Positions 8,787 to 19,191 of a DNA stretch of 64,000 nucleotides are shown one piece after another. The stretch's first letter is position 1. The number at the start of each line of letters is the position of its first letter. The notes under the pieces were generated by a model. The model saw only the letters and a program-made list of their open reading frames with translations. It did no database searches and had not been told where the DNA came from. A program made the translations under genes and the position numbers. The stretch spans positions 35,543 to 99,542 of the forward strand of contig CAZWIJ010000004.1 in the NCBI GenBank assembly GCA_964633865.1. Reading direction: 5' to 3'. Origin of the DNA: an uncultured Candidatus Saccharibacteria bacterium. Lineage in GTDB: Bacteria; Patescibacteriota; Minisyncoccia; SW-4-49-11.

Positions 8787-10169
8787 CTATATTTTTAATA
8801 ATTCTTTAGGATCACAAGCTTTATAATAAACTAGGTTTTCTTGTAATTTTTGTTTATTTTTAATTAGTGGCATAACAAATTCCCATGCTTGCTCTATTTC
8901 ATCTTTTCTTACGAACAATTTTTGATCTCCTTCTATTGCATCTTTAATAAGCCTAGTATATGGATCTATAGTTTTTTGTAATAAATCTGTATATGTAAAA
9001 TTAAGTTTAATTGGTTGAATACACATTCCTTTACCAGGCATTTTTGCATTAATAGAGAGATAAATTTCTTCTTCTGGTTGGATTGAAATCACTAATTCAT
9101 TAGCTTTTGGATTACATTCCTCATCATAATTCATAAAATATCTAAAACTTTCCTTAAAGACGACTCTTATTTCTGCCTTTTTTTCTGACATTCTCTTACC
9201 TGTTCGAATATAAATCGGCACACCTTCCCATCTTAAATTATCAACAAAAATAGGTACTTCAAAATAAGTCTCTGTCTTAGAATTAGTAGGAGTTCCCTCT
9301 TCTTCAAGATAAGATTTGATATTTTGATTATTATTAGCAAGATATTGACCTATCTTTATTTTATCTATATCTATTGGTTTTAGTGACCTTAACACCTTAT
9401 ATTTCTCATCTCTAATAAATTCTGCCTCCATTCTGACAGGAGATTCCATCATAAACATAGCCATAATCTGTAATATATGACTTTGAAACATATCTTTGAT
9501 GATTCCATTCTGGTCAAAATACTCTGCCCTATCTTCTACACCAATAGATTCAAAAACATCTATATGAATGTCCTCAACATAATGATTGTTAAGCATTGGC
9601 TCAAAGATTGAGTTGCCAAACCTAAGTGCGATTATATTTTGAATGGTTTCTTTCCCTAAATAATGATCAACTCTATAGATTTCTTCTTCCTCAAAATATT
9701 CTTTTAGTATTTTATTTAAATATTGAGCGGACTCCAAATCTTCTCCAAATGGTTTTTCTATTAAAAGTTTTATCTTAAAATCCTTTGCTTGATTTTTTAA
9801 ATAATACACCAAATCAATGGTGCTCTGGAAAGCTGATGGAGGAATTGCCATATAGAACAAGAATTCTAATCCTTTTTCTAAAGAAAATTTAGTATTAATT
9901 TGATTATACAAAGACTCTTTATTAGAATAATCTATTTCTATGAAAGAGAATTTATCCAGAAAATCATCTATCTTATCTGAACTAAAATTAGTTAGACTTT
10001 TTTTAACCAAATCTCTATACTCCAAATCTTCAACTTTATTTCTCCCTAAACCTAATATATTTATATTTTCAAGTTCTTTATTTAAATACAAATCATACAA
10101 AGATTTATATATCTTTTTCCTTGCTAAATCTCCTGTTGCACCAAATATAGTTATATATGAATCTTCCAT
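8787..10169 (-). CDS. zwf: Glucose-6-phosphate 1-dehydrogenase
   Basis: GATGDLA, EKPFG, YRVDHYLGKE, RWEGVP..RTGK. Confidence 0.96.
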   Translation of the reverse strand: MEDSYITIFGATGDLARKKIYKSLYDLYLNKELENINILGLGRNKVEDLEYRDLVKKSLTNFSSDKIDDFLDKFSFIEIDYSNKESLYNQINTKFSLEKGLEFLFYMAIPPSAFQSTIDLVYYLKNQAKDFKIKLLIEKPFGEDLESAQYLNKILKEYFEEEEIYRVDHYLGKETIQNIIALRFGNSIFEPMLNNHYVEDIHIDVFESIGVEDRAEYFDQNGIIKDMFQSHILQIMAMFMMESPVRMEAEFIRDEKYKVLRSLKPIDIDKIKIGQYLANNNQNIKSYLEEEGTPTNSKTETYFEVPIFVDNLRWEGVPIYIRTGKRMSEKKAEIRVVFKESFRYFMNYDEECNPKANELVISIQPEEEIYLSINAKMPGKGMCIQPIKLNFTYTDLLQKTIDPYTRLIKDAIEGDQKLFVRKDEIEQAWEFVMPLIKNKQKLQENLVYYKACDPKELLKI

Positions 10170-10173
10170 AAAC

Positions 10174-10548
10174 TTATAAACCTAAGTTCTTATCTGATAA
10201 GTCTTGTGTGTCTCCCATTTCTATATCTATATTTTCAATATCCTCCAGAATAGTGTCTACCTCTTGATCAAAATTACTATCATCAACTTTATCAGTTATT
10301 GCTGGCTGATTATTTTCAGGTTCAATAATTTGATTATTTTGACTAGTCTCAGATATAGTTTCTGGATTAATTTCTAAATCTTGGTTAATTTCTAAATTTT
10401 CTTGATTATTATCAGTTATCTTTATATCTCCATTATCTCTATAAATTGTATTTAGTAAAAAAAACAAACCTGCTGTTACAGCTGTAACAAAAATTAATAT
10501 TATAAATGTTTTTTGTCTTAGACCTATATTCTCATTTGGATTATTCAT
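10174..10548 (-). CDS. Hypothetical single-pass membrane protein with acidic low-complexity tail
   Basis: N-terminal TM and N/Q/E/D-rich C-terminus. Tight operon spacing. Confidence 0.7.
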   Translation of the reverse strand: MNNPNENIGLRQKTFIILIFVTAVTAGLFFLLNTIYRDNGDIKITDNNQENLEINQDLEINPETISETSQNNQIIEPENNQPAITDKVDDSNFDQEVDTILEDIENIDIEMGDTQDLSDKNLGL

Positions 10549-10551
10549 ATG

Positions 10552-11217
10552 TTAACTGTTAATTGTTTTTATATATGGTACAATTGTATTTCTTAGATAC
10601 TCTTTAATGTCTACAATTTCTTGCCTAAGCTTTAATCTCTTATTCCTCATAGCCAAAACATCACTTCTAAATGTAGTTGATAATTCCTCACAATTGGTAT
10701 TAATCAAATTATCTAATAATAAAGTGTATTCATTGTAAGTTATTAGATTTTGATCTATTTTACTACTGAATTGATCTATGTATGAATCTAAGGTTGTTTT
10801 ATCAATATTTTCTGAAGTTAAATATTCTGAAATATTATCTAATTTTGTTAAAATTCTTTTATTTATTTCTTGATTTTTAGAAAAAGCAAGAGTGGACTCT
10901 TCTTTTACTTTATTTAAACTAGATATTCTTAATTCACAAGCTTTTGTTAAATTGTTGGATTTTTGCTCTTTAATATTATTTTGTATTTCATCTCTTTTTT
11001 CGGTAACTTTTTCTTCTGTAACAGATCTTTGATTTAGTACTTGAGTATCTTCTGGGTTAATATTTTGATCTAAAGAATAAAGATTTGTTGTTCTTTCTCT
11101 CAGTCTTTCAGTTCTTGTGTCAAGACTATTAGCACTTATTACAGAAATATTATTTGAATATAATTGAGTAAAACATAAGAACGATATTACAATTCCTAGT
11201 TTAAATAAATTTTTCAT
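10552..11217 (-). CDS. Secreted coiled-coil hypothetical protein
   Basis: Signal-peptide-like N-terminus, helical body with two Cys. Confidence 0.7.
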   Translation of the reverse strand: MKNLFKLGIVISFLCFTQLYSNNISVISANSLDTRTERLRERTTNLYSLDQNINPEDTQVLNQRSVTEEKVTEKRDEIQNNIKEQKSNNLTKACELRISSLNKVKEESTLAFSKNQEINKRILTKLDNISEYLTSENIDKTTLDSYIDQFSSKIDQNLITYNEYTLLLDNLINTNCEELSTTFRSDVLAMRNKRLKLRQEIVDIKEYLRNTIVPYIKTINS

Positions 11218-11289
11218 ATTATTGACTTTATTTATAATTTAATTACAGATACATTATATCATATAAAATATTGACTATCAATCCAAGAT

Positions 11290-12603
11290 TTATTTGATAA
11301 ACTTATATTTTCTTGACTTTTCTAATATAAATACCCTTTCACTAAAGAACATATAACCAAGCATAATAATAAATAATGTCATCATATTGATAAAAACAAT
11401 ATTAGTAAACACCTCTAAATTAATATTTTCGAAACCAAATTGTAATATTAAATATAATACTATATTAGATATTACAGGTAAAAGTAAAACTTTGATTTTT
11501 TGTTGATTTAAAAAGTAATTAATCAAAAGAACTATTAGGGAATATAATGTCATTATTATTGCAAATTTTGATAACAAAGGAGAGACTGACATATATTGAC
11601 TACCCAATAATAAATTTATTACTAAATCTGGGTTAAACTCATATATTAAATAAGCAAAAAATCCTGCTAGAGAAACTAAAGCCATTGATCCAAAAAATAT
11701 TCTATGTGGAGATTCTTTTTTAGCGGTTTTACTTGCAATTAATGGATACATTACAGTAGGAATAACTCCTGTAACATAAAATATCACTTTACCTGCTGTA
11801 GATAAAGCTACATAACTTGAAGCTTGATTTATATCTACTAATTTATTTTTAGCCAATATAACATCAATATTAGATAAAAATGTAATTCCCATAAATGCAA
11901 CAAAAGATGGTATTGCATATTGTATTAAAGGAGCCCATTGAATCTTAGTATATTTATTTTTTTTGGATTTATAAATTAGAGAAAGATCGCGAAGAAAGAA
12001 ATTAGATACTATATAAGTTAAAAAGGTTGCAAATACCATACCAAATACTGCTCCTGCAACTTTATATTCTTCTGGTAAAAAAATTACTAATATAACTGAT
12101 ATTAGTAATTTAGATATACCCGAGTTAAACTGTAAGAAAGAAAATGCTTTAAATCTATGTAATCCTTGTAAAGTACTTTGAGGTATATTAACTATAAAAG
12201 CAACTAATAATGATGCTGATAATATCCATAAAGAAATTGTATCCTGTAGTTTTAGGTAATCTTTAAAGAATGGAATGAAAATTATAAAGATCGCAAATGC
12301 TAATATTCCTAATGTAAAAATATTTCTAGTAAGTTTTCTTGAGAAATAATATACTTGATTTTCACTTGCATCAACTTTGATTGAGGCTGAGAATTTGGTT
12401 ACTATCAAATTTATTGTTCCTGAGAATATAGTGAGCATTGTAAGTAAAGAAGTTATACTAACTACATCAGCATAACTTTCTTTTGGTAAAATTCTGACTA
12501 TAACTAAAGTATATATATAGTTAATAATATTTAAAGAAAAAGATCCTATAAAAACAATTAATCCTCCTTTAACTAAACTATTATTAACTATTTTTTTTAT
12601 CAT
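11290..12603 (-). CDS. Wzx-like oligosaccharide flippase (MOP superfamily)
   Basis: About 12 TM segments, LQGLHRF, NIDVILAK, flippase-like N-terminus. Confidence 0.8.
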   Translation of the reverse strand: MIKKIVNNSLVKGGLIVFIGSFSLNIINYIYTLVIVRILPKESYADVVSITSLLTMLTIFSGTINLIVTKFSASIKVDASENQVYYFSRKLTRNIFTLGILAFAIFIIFIPFFKDYLKLQDTISLWILSASLLVAFIVNIPQSTLQGLHRFKAFSFLQFNSGISKLLISVILVIFLPEEYKVAGAVFGMVFATFLTYIVSNFFLRDLSLIYKSKKNKYTKIQWAPLIQYAIPSFVAFMGITFLSNIDVILAKNKLVDINQASSYVALSTAGKVIFYVTGVIPTVMYPLIASKTAKKESPHRIFFGSMALVSLAGFFAYLIYEFNPDLVINLLLGSQYMSVSPLLSKFAIIMTLYSLIVLLINYFLNQQKIKVLLLPVISNIVLYLILQFGFENINLEVFTNIVFINMMTLFIIMLGYMFFSERVFILEKSRKYKFIK

Positions 12604-12605
12604 TT

Positions 12606-13934
12606 TCAGATTTTATCTAGGATATCTTCTTCTTTATCTAAAATTGTTAATAAATTCATATCACCTGGATTGATAGTTTTATATTTATCTATAAATATAT
12701 CTTGGAAATAATTTATCATGGGAGTCCAAAATTCTTTATCATATAAAATTATATTCTGTGGATTAACTTTATCTGTTTGTATCAAAGTTAGTACTTCAAA
12801 CATCTGGTGCAATGTCCCTAAACCTCCTGGAAAAATCACATAATGATTAGATGGACCTGTCAATAAAACTTGCCTAGTAAATGGAAACTTAAAAGAAATA
12901 AAATCATCTACATATTCATTTATATTCAATTTATTTGACCTTCTAAGAACCATAGCATAACTTTTTTTACCTGATTCTCTTGAAGCTTTATTTATGGCTT
13001 CTGCAGTACCTTTTCCACCTCCAGTTAATAGTGAATAGCCTTCTTCTGCTACTATTTTAGCTAAATTATATGCTTTTTTATAATAAGTATTATCTGATTT
13101 GATTTTATTTGTGCCAAGTACAGTTATGTTTTTACTTAAGTTAGACTGGAATTCTAAACCTTCTACAAATTCAGCCATTATCTTAAATATTTTCCAATTT
13201 AGATTTAAATCACTAGAGTTAGAATTAGGAGCTAAATGAGTCATATTTGGTTGATCTTCAGTTGTACTTATAACTTCAAAAGCTTCTTCTGCAGTGTCAA
13301 CAATACTAATATTATTAATAAATTTCATCTCAATTGAATTAAGCATATCTACACATTTATCTTTCAAAAATTCAACTAGTGGTGTCCAAAATTCTACCCC
13401 AACTAGAATTATAGGAACTATTTGAGTAAATCCTAATGATTGTTCATTTATTACCTGAAAAAATTCATCCATTGTTCCAAATCCGCCTGGGAAATATACA
13501 TAAGCTTGCGATGGAGCTGTTAGCATTACTTTTCTTGTAAAAAAATATGAGAAATTAACTGATTTATTCACATAAGGATTAATTCTCTGTTCCATAGGCA
13601 ATTCTATACCAAGCCCAATAGAGATTCCCCCAGCTTCGAACGCTCCTTTATTCGCAGCCTCCATAATCCCAGGACCACCTCCAGTAATAGTAGAGAATTT
13701 ATTTATAGCAAGTAGCCTACCTAACTTTAAAGCTTCTTGATAATATTTATCATCTTGTCTAGTTCTTGCAGATCCAAAAATTGAGACTTCATTTTTAGTA
13801 TTAGATAATAGGTCATATCCTTCTACAAACTCAGCCATTATTTTGAATATTTTCCAAGAATTCTCTGTACTTATATCACAAATATTTTTTATATCTTGAA
13901 TTTGTCTTTGTTTAATCGGATCTGAGAAAGGCAT
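12606..13934 (-). CDS. LOG/TIGR00730-family protein with two tandem domains
   Basis: FGSAR, TGGGPGIMEA and PGGFGTMDE in domain 1; TGGGKG and PGGLGTLHQ in domain 2. Confidence 0.88.
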   Translation of the reverse strand: MPFSDPIKQRQIQDIKNICDISTENSWKIFKIMAEFVEGYDLLSNTKNEVSIFGSARTRQDDKYYQEALKLGRLLAINKFSTITGGGPGIMEAANKGAFEAGGISIGLGIELPMEQRINPYVNKSVNFSYFFTRKVMLTAPSQAYVYFPGGFGTMDEFFQVINEQSLGFTQIVPIILVGVEFWTPLVEFLKDKCVDMLNSIEMKFINNISIVDTAEEAFEVISTTEDQPNMTHLAPNSNSSDLNLNWKIFKIMAEFVEGLEFQSNLSKNITVLGTNKIKSDNTYYKKAYNLAKIVAEEGYSLLTGGGKGTAEAINKASRESGKKSYAMVLRRSNKLNINEYVDDFISFKFPFTRQVLLTGPSNHYVIFPGGLGTLHQMFEVLTLIQTDKVNPQNIILYDKEFWTPMINYFQDIFIDKYKTINPGDMNLLTILDKEEDILDKI

Positions 13935-13970
13935 ATTAATTGTAATTTTAATTTATATATTTGCACTATG

Positions 13971-14044
13971 TGTTTCCGATTGGGATTGAACCAATAACCT
14001 ACAGCTTAGAAGGCTGTCGCTCTATCCAATTGAGCTACGGAAAC
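13971..14044 (-). tRNA. tRNA-Arg (anticodon UCU)
   Basis: Reverse complement GTTTCCGTAGCTCAATTGGATAGAGCGACAGCC-TTCTAA-GCTGTAGGTTATTGGTTCAATCCCAATCGGAAACA forms a cloverleaf with TCT anticodon. CCA is not encoded. Confidence 0.95.
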
Positions 14045-14159
14045 ATTCTTTATATATAATACAATAAATTAATATAAAAATCAACTGTTTTTGATTAAAA
14101 GATTAGTTTCTTTTGTATAAAAAAATAGAGCTTAGGATAGTCTATTTTAAAGAATAAAT

Positions 14160-14570
14160 TTATTTTACAATAACTTCTTCATTCAAAGGGTTTTTACCAT
14201 ATTTATTCTCACCTTCATCCCCTCTAAAGAATGACCATATGAAAGGAGGAATTATTGTTAATAACCACCAACCAGATTTATTAATATCATGAAGTCTCCT
14301 TATAGAAAGAGCCACTGATGGTATAAAAAATATTAAACTAAATATACCTCCTCCAATATCATTAACTAGGATTTTGTCTGTTTTTGATTCATTTATTATT
14401 GTTTCCCAAATTTCATTTCCATAGATTGAATAATCTATAATACTAAGGATTATTCCGACTAAAATTGATATTAAAGTATACCATAAAACACCATACCAAT
14501 AAGCTTTCCTACTTGTCCTTCCTTTAAATTCTAATCCTCTTTTGATATATTCATTAATAAAGTAATTCAT
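14160..14570 (-). CDS. DUF805 family membrane protein
   Basis: FKGRTSRKAYW, RRLHDINKSGWW, GENKYG. Confidence 0.9.
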   Translation of the reverse strand: MNYFINEYIKRGLEFKGRTSRKAYWYGVLWYTLISILVGIILSIIDYSIYGNEIWETIINESKTDKILVNDIGGGIFSLIFFIPSVALSIRRLHDINKSGWWLLTIIPPFIWSFFRGDEGENKYGKNPLNEEVIVK

Positions 14571-14632
14571 AGGATTATATGTTTAAATTAATATTTTCAA
14601 TAAATTTATTTAGTATAATATATTATATTGTA

Positions 14633-15772
14633 TTATACAAGTAATTTATCAAATATTTTTTCAGTTTTTGTGACAGTTTTTTCCCAATCAAAACTTTCTA
14701 GTCTTTTTTTGCCATTCTTAATTAACTTATTTTTCAAATTTTTATCTGATAAAATTTTTATCATCCCTCTACTAATTGATTGTACATTGTTGGGATTAAT
14801 TAGTAAAGCTCCGTCTTGGGCTATCTCTTTCATAGCACCAATATCAGAAGTTATTACTGGAAGATTATTAATCCAACCTTCTAAAATAGGTAAACCAAAC
14901 CCTTCATACAAAGATGGATATGCTAACATTTCTGCATTTTGTAATAAATAATTTACTTCATTATCACTAATATATCCTAATAATTTAACTTGATTTTCTA
15001 ACTTTAAATCTTCGATTAAACCTGGCAAATCAGGGATCAATGGATTTTTAAAATAATTACCAGGAATATATAATTTTAATTCTGGATATTTTTTAGATAC
15101 TATCTTAAATGATTTAATTAAATTAACTACATTTTTTCTTAAATCAAGACCTCCTAAGTACAATATAAACTTATCTTTACTCTTTATTAGTTCAGATTTT
15201 AATTTAGTTTTCTTAGATAGTAATTTTTTAGTGGCAGCTAAATAAGTTATATCTATTTTTTCTTTCTTAATATTTAAAACTGATGATATTTCTTGTTTGC
15301 AAAATTTAGAAATTGTGATTATATGTTTCGCTTTTTTAATTGAGATATTTAAAAACTTAAAATAAAAGCTATATTTCCAATTAGGTATATATTCTTTAAT
15401 TCTGTTAGGAATTACATCATGGACAGTCATAACATGAGGAATATTCCTAATAATACTAACTGATTGATATGGACTCCAAGCCAAACTAAATGTATGATTC
15501 TGAAAAAAATAAGGAAAATAAAAATACTCCCAGATAAATTGTTTTAATAAGTCATCTCTTTTATAAAATAAATCTATAACTAAACTATTATCTTGAATAA
15601 TTTGTGGGAGATCTTCTAATGATAATGTATTTAACTTTGGTATATAAATAATATAATTATAACTATCATTTTTAAGTAACCCACATATTATATTTAAATT
15701 ATATTGTCCTATACCAGTTTTCAACTTTGCTAAAAAAAAACCATTCACACAAATTTTTTTTTTATTTGCCAT
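14633..15772 (-). CDS. GT4 glycosyltransferase
   Basis: TVHDVIP, RKNV, YPSLYEGFGLPILE. Confidence 0.93.
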   Translation of the reverse strand: MANKKKICVNGFFLAKLKTGIGQYNLNIICGLLKNDSYNYIIYIPKLNTLSLEDLPQIIQDNSLVIDLFYKRDDLLKQFIWEYFYFPYFFQNHTFSLAWSPYQSVSIIRNIPHVMTVHDVIPNRIKEYIPNWKYSFYFKFLNISIKKAKHIITISKFCKQEISSVLNIKKEKIDITYLAATKKLLSKKTKLKSELIKSKDKFILYLGGLDLRKNVVNLIKSFKIVSKKYPELKLYIPGNYFKNPLIPDLPGLIEDLKLENQVKLLGYISDNEVNYLLQNAEMLAYPSLYEGFGLPILEGWINNLPVITSDIGAMKEIAQDGALLINPNNVQSISRGMIKILSDKNLKNKLIKNGKKRLESFDWEKTVTKTEKIFDKLLV

Positions 15773-15775
15773 AAT

Positions 15776-17077
15776 CTATTTTTTAGATTTAGATTTTGTA
15801 TTATCTTCAAAAACTAATTTTCTTTCTATAGTAGAGAGAAGTTTATCTATAGGAACAACTTCTTGATTATCACTAAACTGATCTTTGATAATTGCTGTAT
15901 TAGTAATTGCTTCTTTTCTTCCTATTATAACAGTAACGGTTGCTCCTAATTTTTTAGATTTAGATAATTGCTTCTGTAATGATTTAATACCCAAATGCTC
16001 TTTTACAACAAGACCACTTTTTTGCATTAAAGATAATATTTTTAATGCTGATTTCTGTCCATCATAACCTATAGAAGCTATAAACACTTGAGGTTTATCT
16101 TTTTCGAGCATATCTTTCTTTTCTTCAAAAATTATTTCCATCAAATTGTCTACATACATCTCAAATCCAACCGCTCCTAATTTTTTATCAATTCCAACTA
16201 ACTTCAAAATATTATCATGATTTCCACCCCTGACCAAAATTTTTTCTGGATTATCCTGAGAATATATTTCAAAATAAGTATTATCTTTAAAACCAATAGA
16301 ACCTGACATTTCTGGATTAAGAACATAAGGAATATCCAAAGAATCTAAGAAGTCAAGCACCTCTTTGAAATAAACAGAATTATCTTTATCTAGATAATCA
16401 ACAATACCTGTTAAAGGGATGTTCATCTCAGTATTTTGTTTTAAAGCTTCTTTATATAAGTTTATTGGATTTTCAATATTATTTTTGCATAATCTTTCGA
16501 ATCTTTTATTAAGCTTGGAATACAATTCATCATAATAATTTTTTCTGACTGAATCATCACCCAAACAATTAACATTAACCATTATATTCTTAACTCCTAT
16601 ATCTTCTAATATTCTATATGCCATAAGAATAGATTCAGCATCCCTAAGAGAAGATTTTTCTCCAACAATCTCTGATTTAAAGATATGCATTTGTTTTGGA
16701 TCTGTTTGTACATCATTATCATGATCTACAAAAGCCAAACCATAACTGTATACTTTTACAATATCATTTTCTAAAAGATTATTACTTTTTATAAGATTAA
16801 ATATACTAATTGGCCCAGGAGGCATCATAACAAATTCTGATTTTTGTAATATATGTAGGGAATTTTTATCTTTTATGTTCAAAGCATCTAGAGTCTTATT
16901 ATCAAAAACTAAACTTGATTCTCCCAAAGGTAATGTTAATTTTAAATAATCAGCACTTTTGAATAAATCTTTAATTTCATCTACTACATAATTCCAAACA
17001 TCTATTTTATTTGATAAAATATTATAATTACCTTTTACATTATCAGATTCTATATTACGATCAAATAGATTTTTCAT
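15776..17077 (-). CDS. Degenerate histidyl-tRNA synthetase paralog
   Basis: HisRS layout (VNCLG, NP, YVLNP, GAVGF, C-terminal anticodon-binding domain 'KSLQKQL..SKKLGA..TVIIG'), but catalytic motifs are eroded. Confidence 0.75.
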   Translation of the reverse strand: MKNLFDRNIESDNVKGNYNILSNKIDVWNYVVDEIKDLFKSADYLKLTLPLGESSLVFDNKTLDALNIKDKNSLHILQKSEFVMMPPGPISIFNLIKSNNLLENDIVKVYSYGLAFVDHDNDVQTDPKQMHIFKSEIVGEKSSLRDAESILMAYRILEDIGVKNIMVNVNCLGDDSVRKNYYDELYSKLNKRFERLCKNNIENPINLYKEALKQNTEMNIPLTGIVDYLDKDNSVYFKEVLDFLDSLDIPYVLNPEMSGSIGFKDNTYFEIYSQDNPEKILVRGGNHDNILKLVGIDKKLGAVGFEMYVDNLMEIIFEEKKDMLEKDKPQVFIASIGYDGQKSALKILSLMQKSGLVVKEHLGIKSLQKQLSKSKKLGATVTVIIGRKEAITNTAIIKDQFSDNQEVVPIDKLLSTIERKLVFEDNTKSKSKK

Positions 17078-17080
17078 AGT

Positions 17081-17716
17081 TTATTTATCTTTTATAAACA
17101 CTTCTTTTGTATACAGTGTAAGATCTTGAAATGGATATAATCTTACAAAAGGTTTCCCTAATATATTGTCTTCTGGAAGATACCCCCAATATCTAGAATC
17201 GGAACTATTATCTCTATTATCCCCCATTACAAAATATTGATTATCTTCTAATTTAATATCTATTGGTTCTGGAGATTTTGTTACTGTAAATTCATCTAAA
17301 TATTTTTCTTCCAGCACTAAACCATTTTCATTTTCACTGTTAAATATAGTAACCTTATTATCTTTAACGGTTACTCTGTCTCCTGGAAGACCTATAATTC
17401 TTTTTATATAATAGCCCTGCTTATGAGGATATTCTTCTATAAATTCAGTATCAAATATTACTACCTCGAATCTCTGGGGTTCTCTCAGCTTATAAGAGAG
17501 AACATCTACTACGACATAATCTCCATCATGAAAATTATTCTCCATAGATTGTCCTTTAACTAAAAAAGGTTGTGCTAAGTAATTTTTAATTAAAAAATAG
17601 ATCAATAACAATATTATTAGAAATTTAAAAAAATCTATAATTTCTTCTCTTAATGTATTTTTTTTAGAGATTTCTTTTTGGTCTGATGATTCGCTTTTAT
17701 CAAATATATCATTCAT
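17081..17716 (-). CDS. lepB: Signal peptidase I
   Basis: GQSMEN (Ser), YIKRIIGLPGD (Lys), MGDNRDNSSDSR. Confidence 0.95.
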   Translation of the reverse strand: MNDIFDKSESSDQKEISKKNTLREEIIDFFKFLIILLLIYFLIKNYLAQPFLVKGQSMENNFHDGDYVVVDVLSYKLREPQRFEVVIFDTEFIEEYPHKQGYYIKRIIGLPGDRVTVKDNKVTIFNSENENGLVLEEKYLDEFTVTKSPEPIDIKLEDNQYFVMGDNRDNSSDSRYWGYLPEDNILGKPFVRLYPFQDLTLYTKEVFIKDK

Positions 17717-17792
17717 AAATTTCTTTTAATTATAATATATTATACTGTATTTTTTTCAATTAGTAAACCTTTTTATAAAATGTTAACCCAGA

Positions 17793-18466
17793 TTATATAA
17801 TACTTTTGTAAGTTTTTTTTGTAATAATAATATGATCTAATAAAGGTACTGACATTATATTACCTAAATTGATAATTTTTTTTGTCAAATCTAAGTCTGA
17901 TTTACTTGGTGTAGTATCTCCTGATGGATGATTATGAACTAAAATAACTGCTGATGCTGAATGAATAAGTGCTGGAGCATATATATCTCTTGGATGTGCA
18001 ATACTCTGATCCACTGTTCCTATAGATATAATTTCATCATGAATAATAATATGTTTTGTATTTAAATAAAGTCCTCTCAAATATTCTTTTTTTAAAGAAT
18101 ACATATCTGAAACATATTTCCATACATCTTCTGGTGAATGTATTTTTACTAAATCGCTCTCTTTCTTATTATAAAGTCTTCTACCTATCTCAAAACAAGA
18201 TATTATCTGACAAGCCTTAACTTTAGGAATATTAAAATCTCTCATTATATCCTGAACACTTTTATAACTCATTATTGCTTTAGAACCATAATCTGATAGT
18301 ATTCTTTGAGATAAATCTAAAACATTCTCACCTTTATATCCAGTACCTAGAAAATAGCTAAGAGCTCATTTAACTCCATAGCATCCAAACCAAATTCTAA
18401 TAATTTTTCCCTAGGTTGTTTATTTGTAGGAAGATCTTTAACTTTAGTTTTTATTTCATATTCCAT
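17793..18466 (-). pseudogene. radC: RadC/JAB protein split by a 1-nt frameshift (pseudogene or sequencing error)
   Basis: ATG at 18466 reads MEYEIKTKVKDLPTNKQPREKLL...ELLAIF*. The next frame continues LGTGYKGENVLDLS into the ORF carrying HPRD and HNHPSGD..PS..D...LLDHII. Confidence 0.85.
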
Positions 18467-18467
18467 T

Positions 18468-19187
18468 TTATTTATAGAATCCTTGGATTAATCTTATTTT
18501 TATAATAAGAGTATCTAATAAAACTTGAATATAATCATTCCATTTCACATTAGATCGTTCATCATTTTTCCATATAACAGCTACCTCTTTTATTTTATAC
18601 CCATAATATTTAGTTAGAGTTAGAATTTCTATGTCAAATGACCATTTCTTCATAGATAAAATTTTAAATACTTTGATAGCCACTTCTCTTTTGAAAAATT
18701 TAAATCCACATTGAGTATCTTTTATACCACCTATTAATAATAGTTGGATCCACAAATTTCCAAGATCTCCCAAGATTCTTTTTAGTATGTTTTGGGAAAC
18801 TATTACTTTACTTTCTGGTAAATCTCTAGATCCAATTATAACATCATATTTATCTTGATATGTAATAAATTTATCTAATTCTTTAATATTCGTAGAATTG
18901 TCTGCATCCATAAATAAAATCCAATCTCCCAAAGATTCCAAGACTCCTTGTCTAACAACAGCTCCTTTACCTTGATTAACCTCATTATCTATCAATCGAA
19001 TTTGTGGAATATCTTGTTTAATTTTATTAATTAAAGTAACACTATTATCTTTAGAACCATCATTAACCAAAACTATTTCTGATTCATTTTCTAAATTATT
19101 TATTTTCAAATAATCCAAAATATCATATAAAGTATTTTTTATTCTATATTCTTCATTATAAACTGGGATTACAATTGATAATTTCAT
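18468..19187 (-). CDS. GT2 glycosyltransferase (dolichyl/undecaprenyl-phosphate glucosyltransferase-like)
   Basis: SIVIPVYNE, VNDGSKD, GKGAVV, MDADNS, DTQCGFK. Confidence 0.92.
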   Translation of the reverse strand: MKLSIVIPVYNEEYRIKNTLYDILDYLKINNLENESEIVLVNDGSKDNSVTLINKIKQDIPQIRLIDNEVNQGKGAVVRQGVLESLGDWILFMDADNSTNIKELDKFITYQDKYDVIIGSRDLPESKVIVSQNILKRILGDLGNLWIQLLLIGGIKDTQCGFKFFKREVAIKVFKILSMKKWSFDIEILTLTKYYGYKIKEVAVIWKNDERSNVKWNDYIQVLLDTLIIKIRLIQGFYK

Positions 19188-19191
19188 ATTA

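Noticed and set aside
13971-14570. tRNA-Arg as an integration site for an island
   Set aside because: No integrase and no duplicated tRNA 3' end were noticed.
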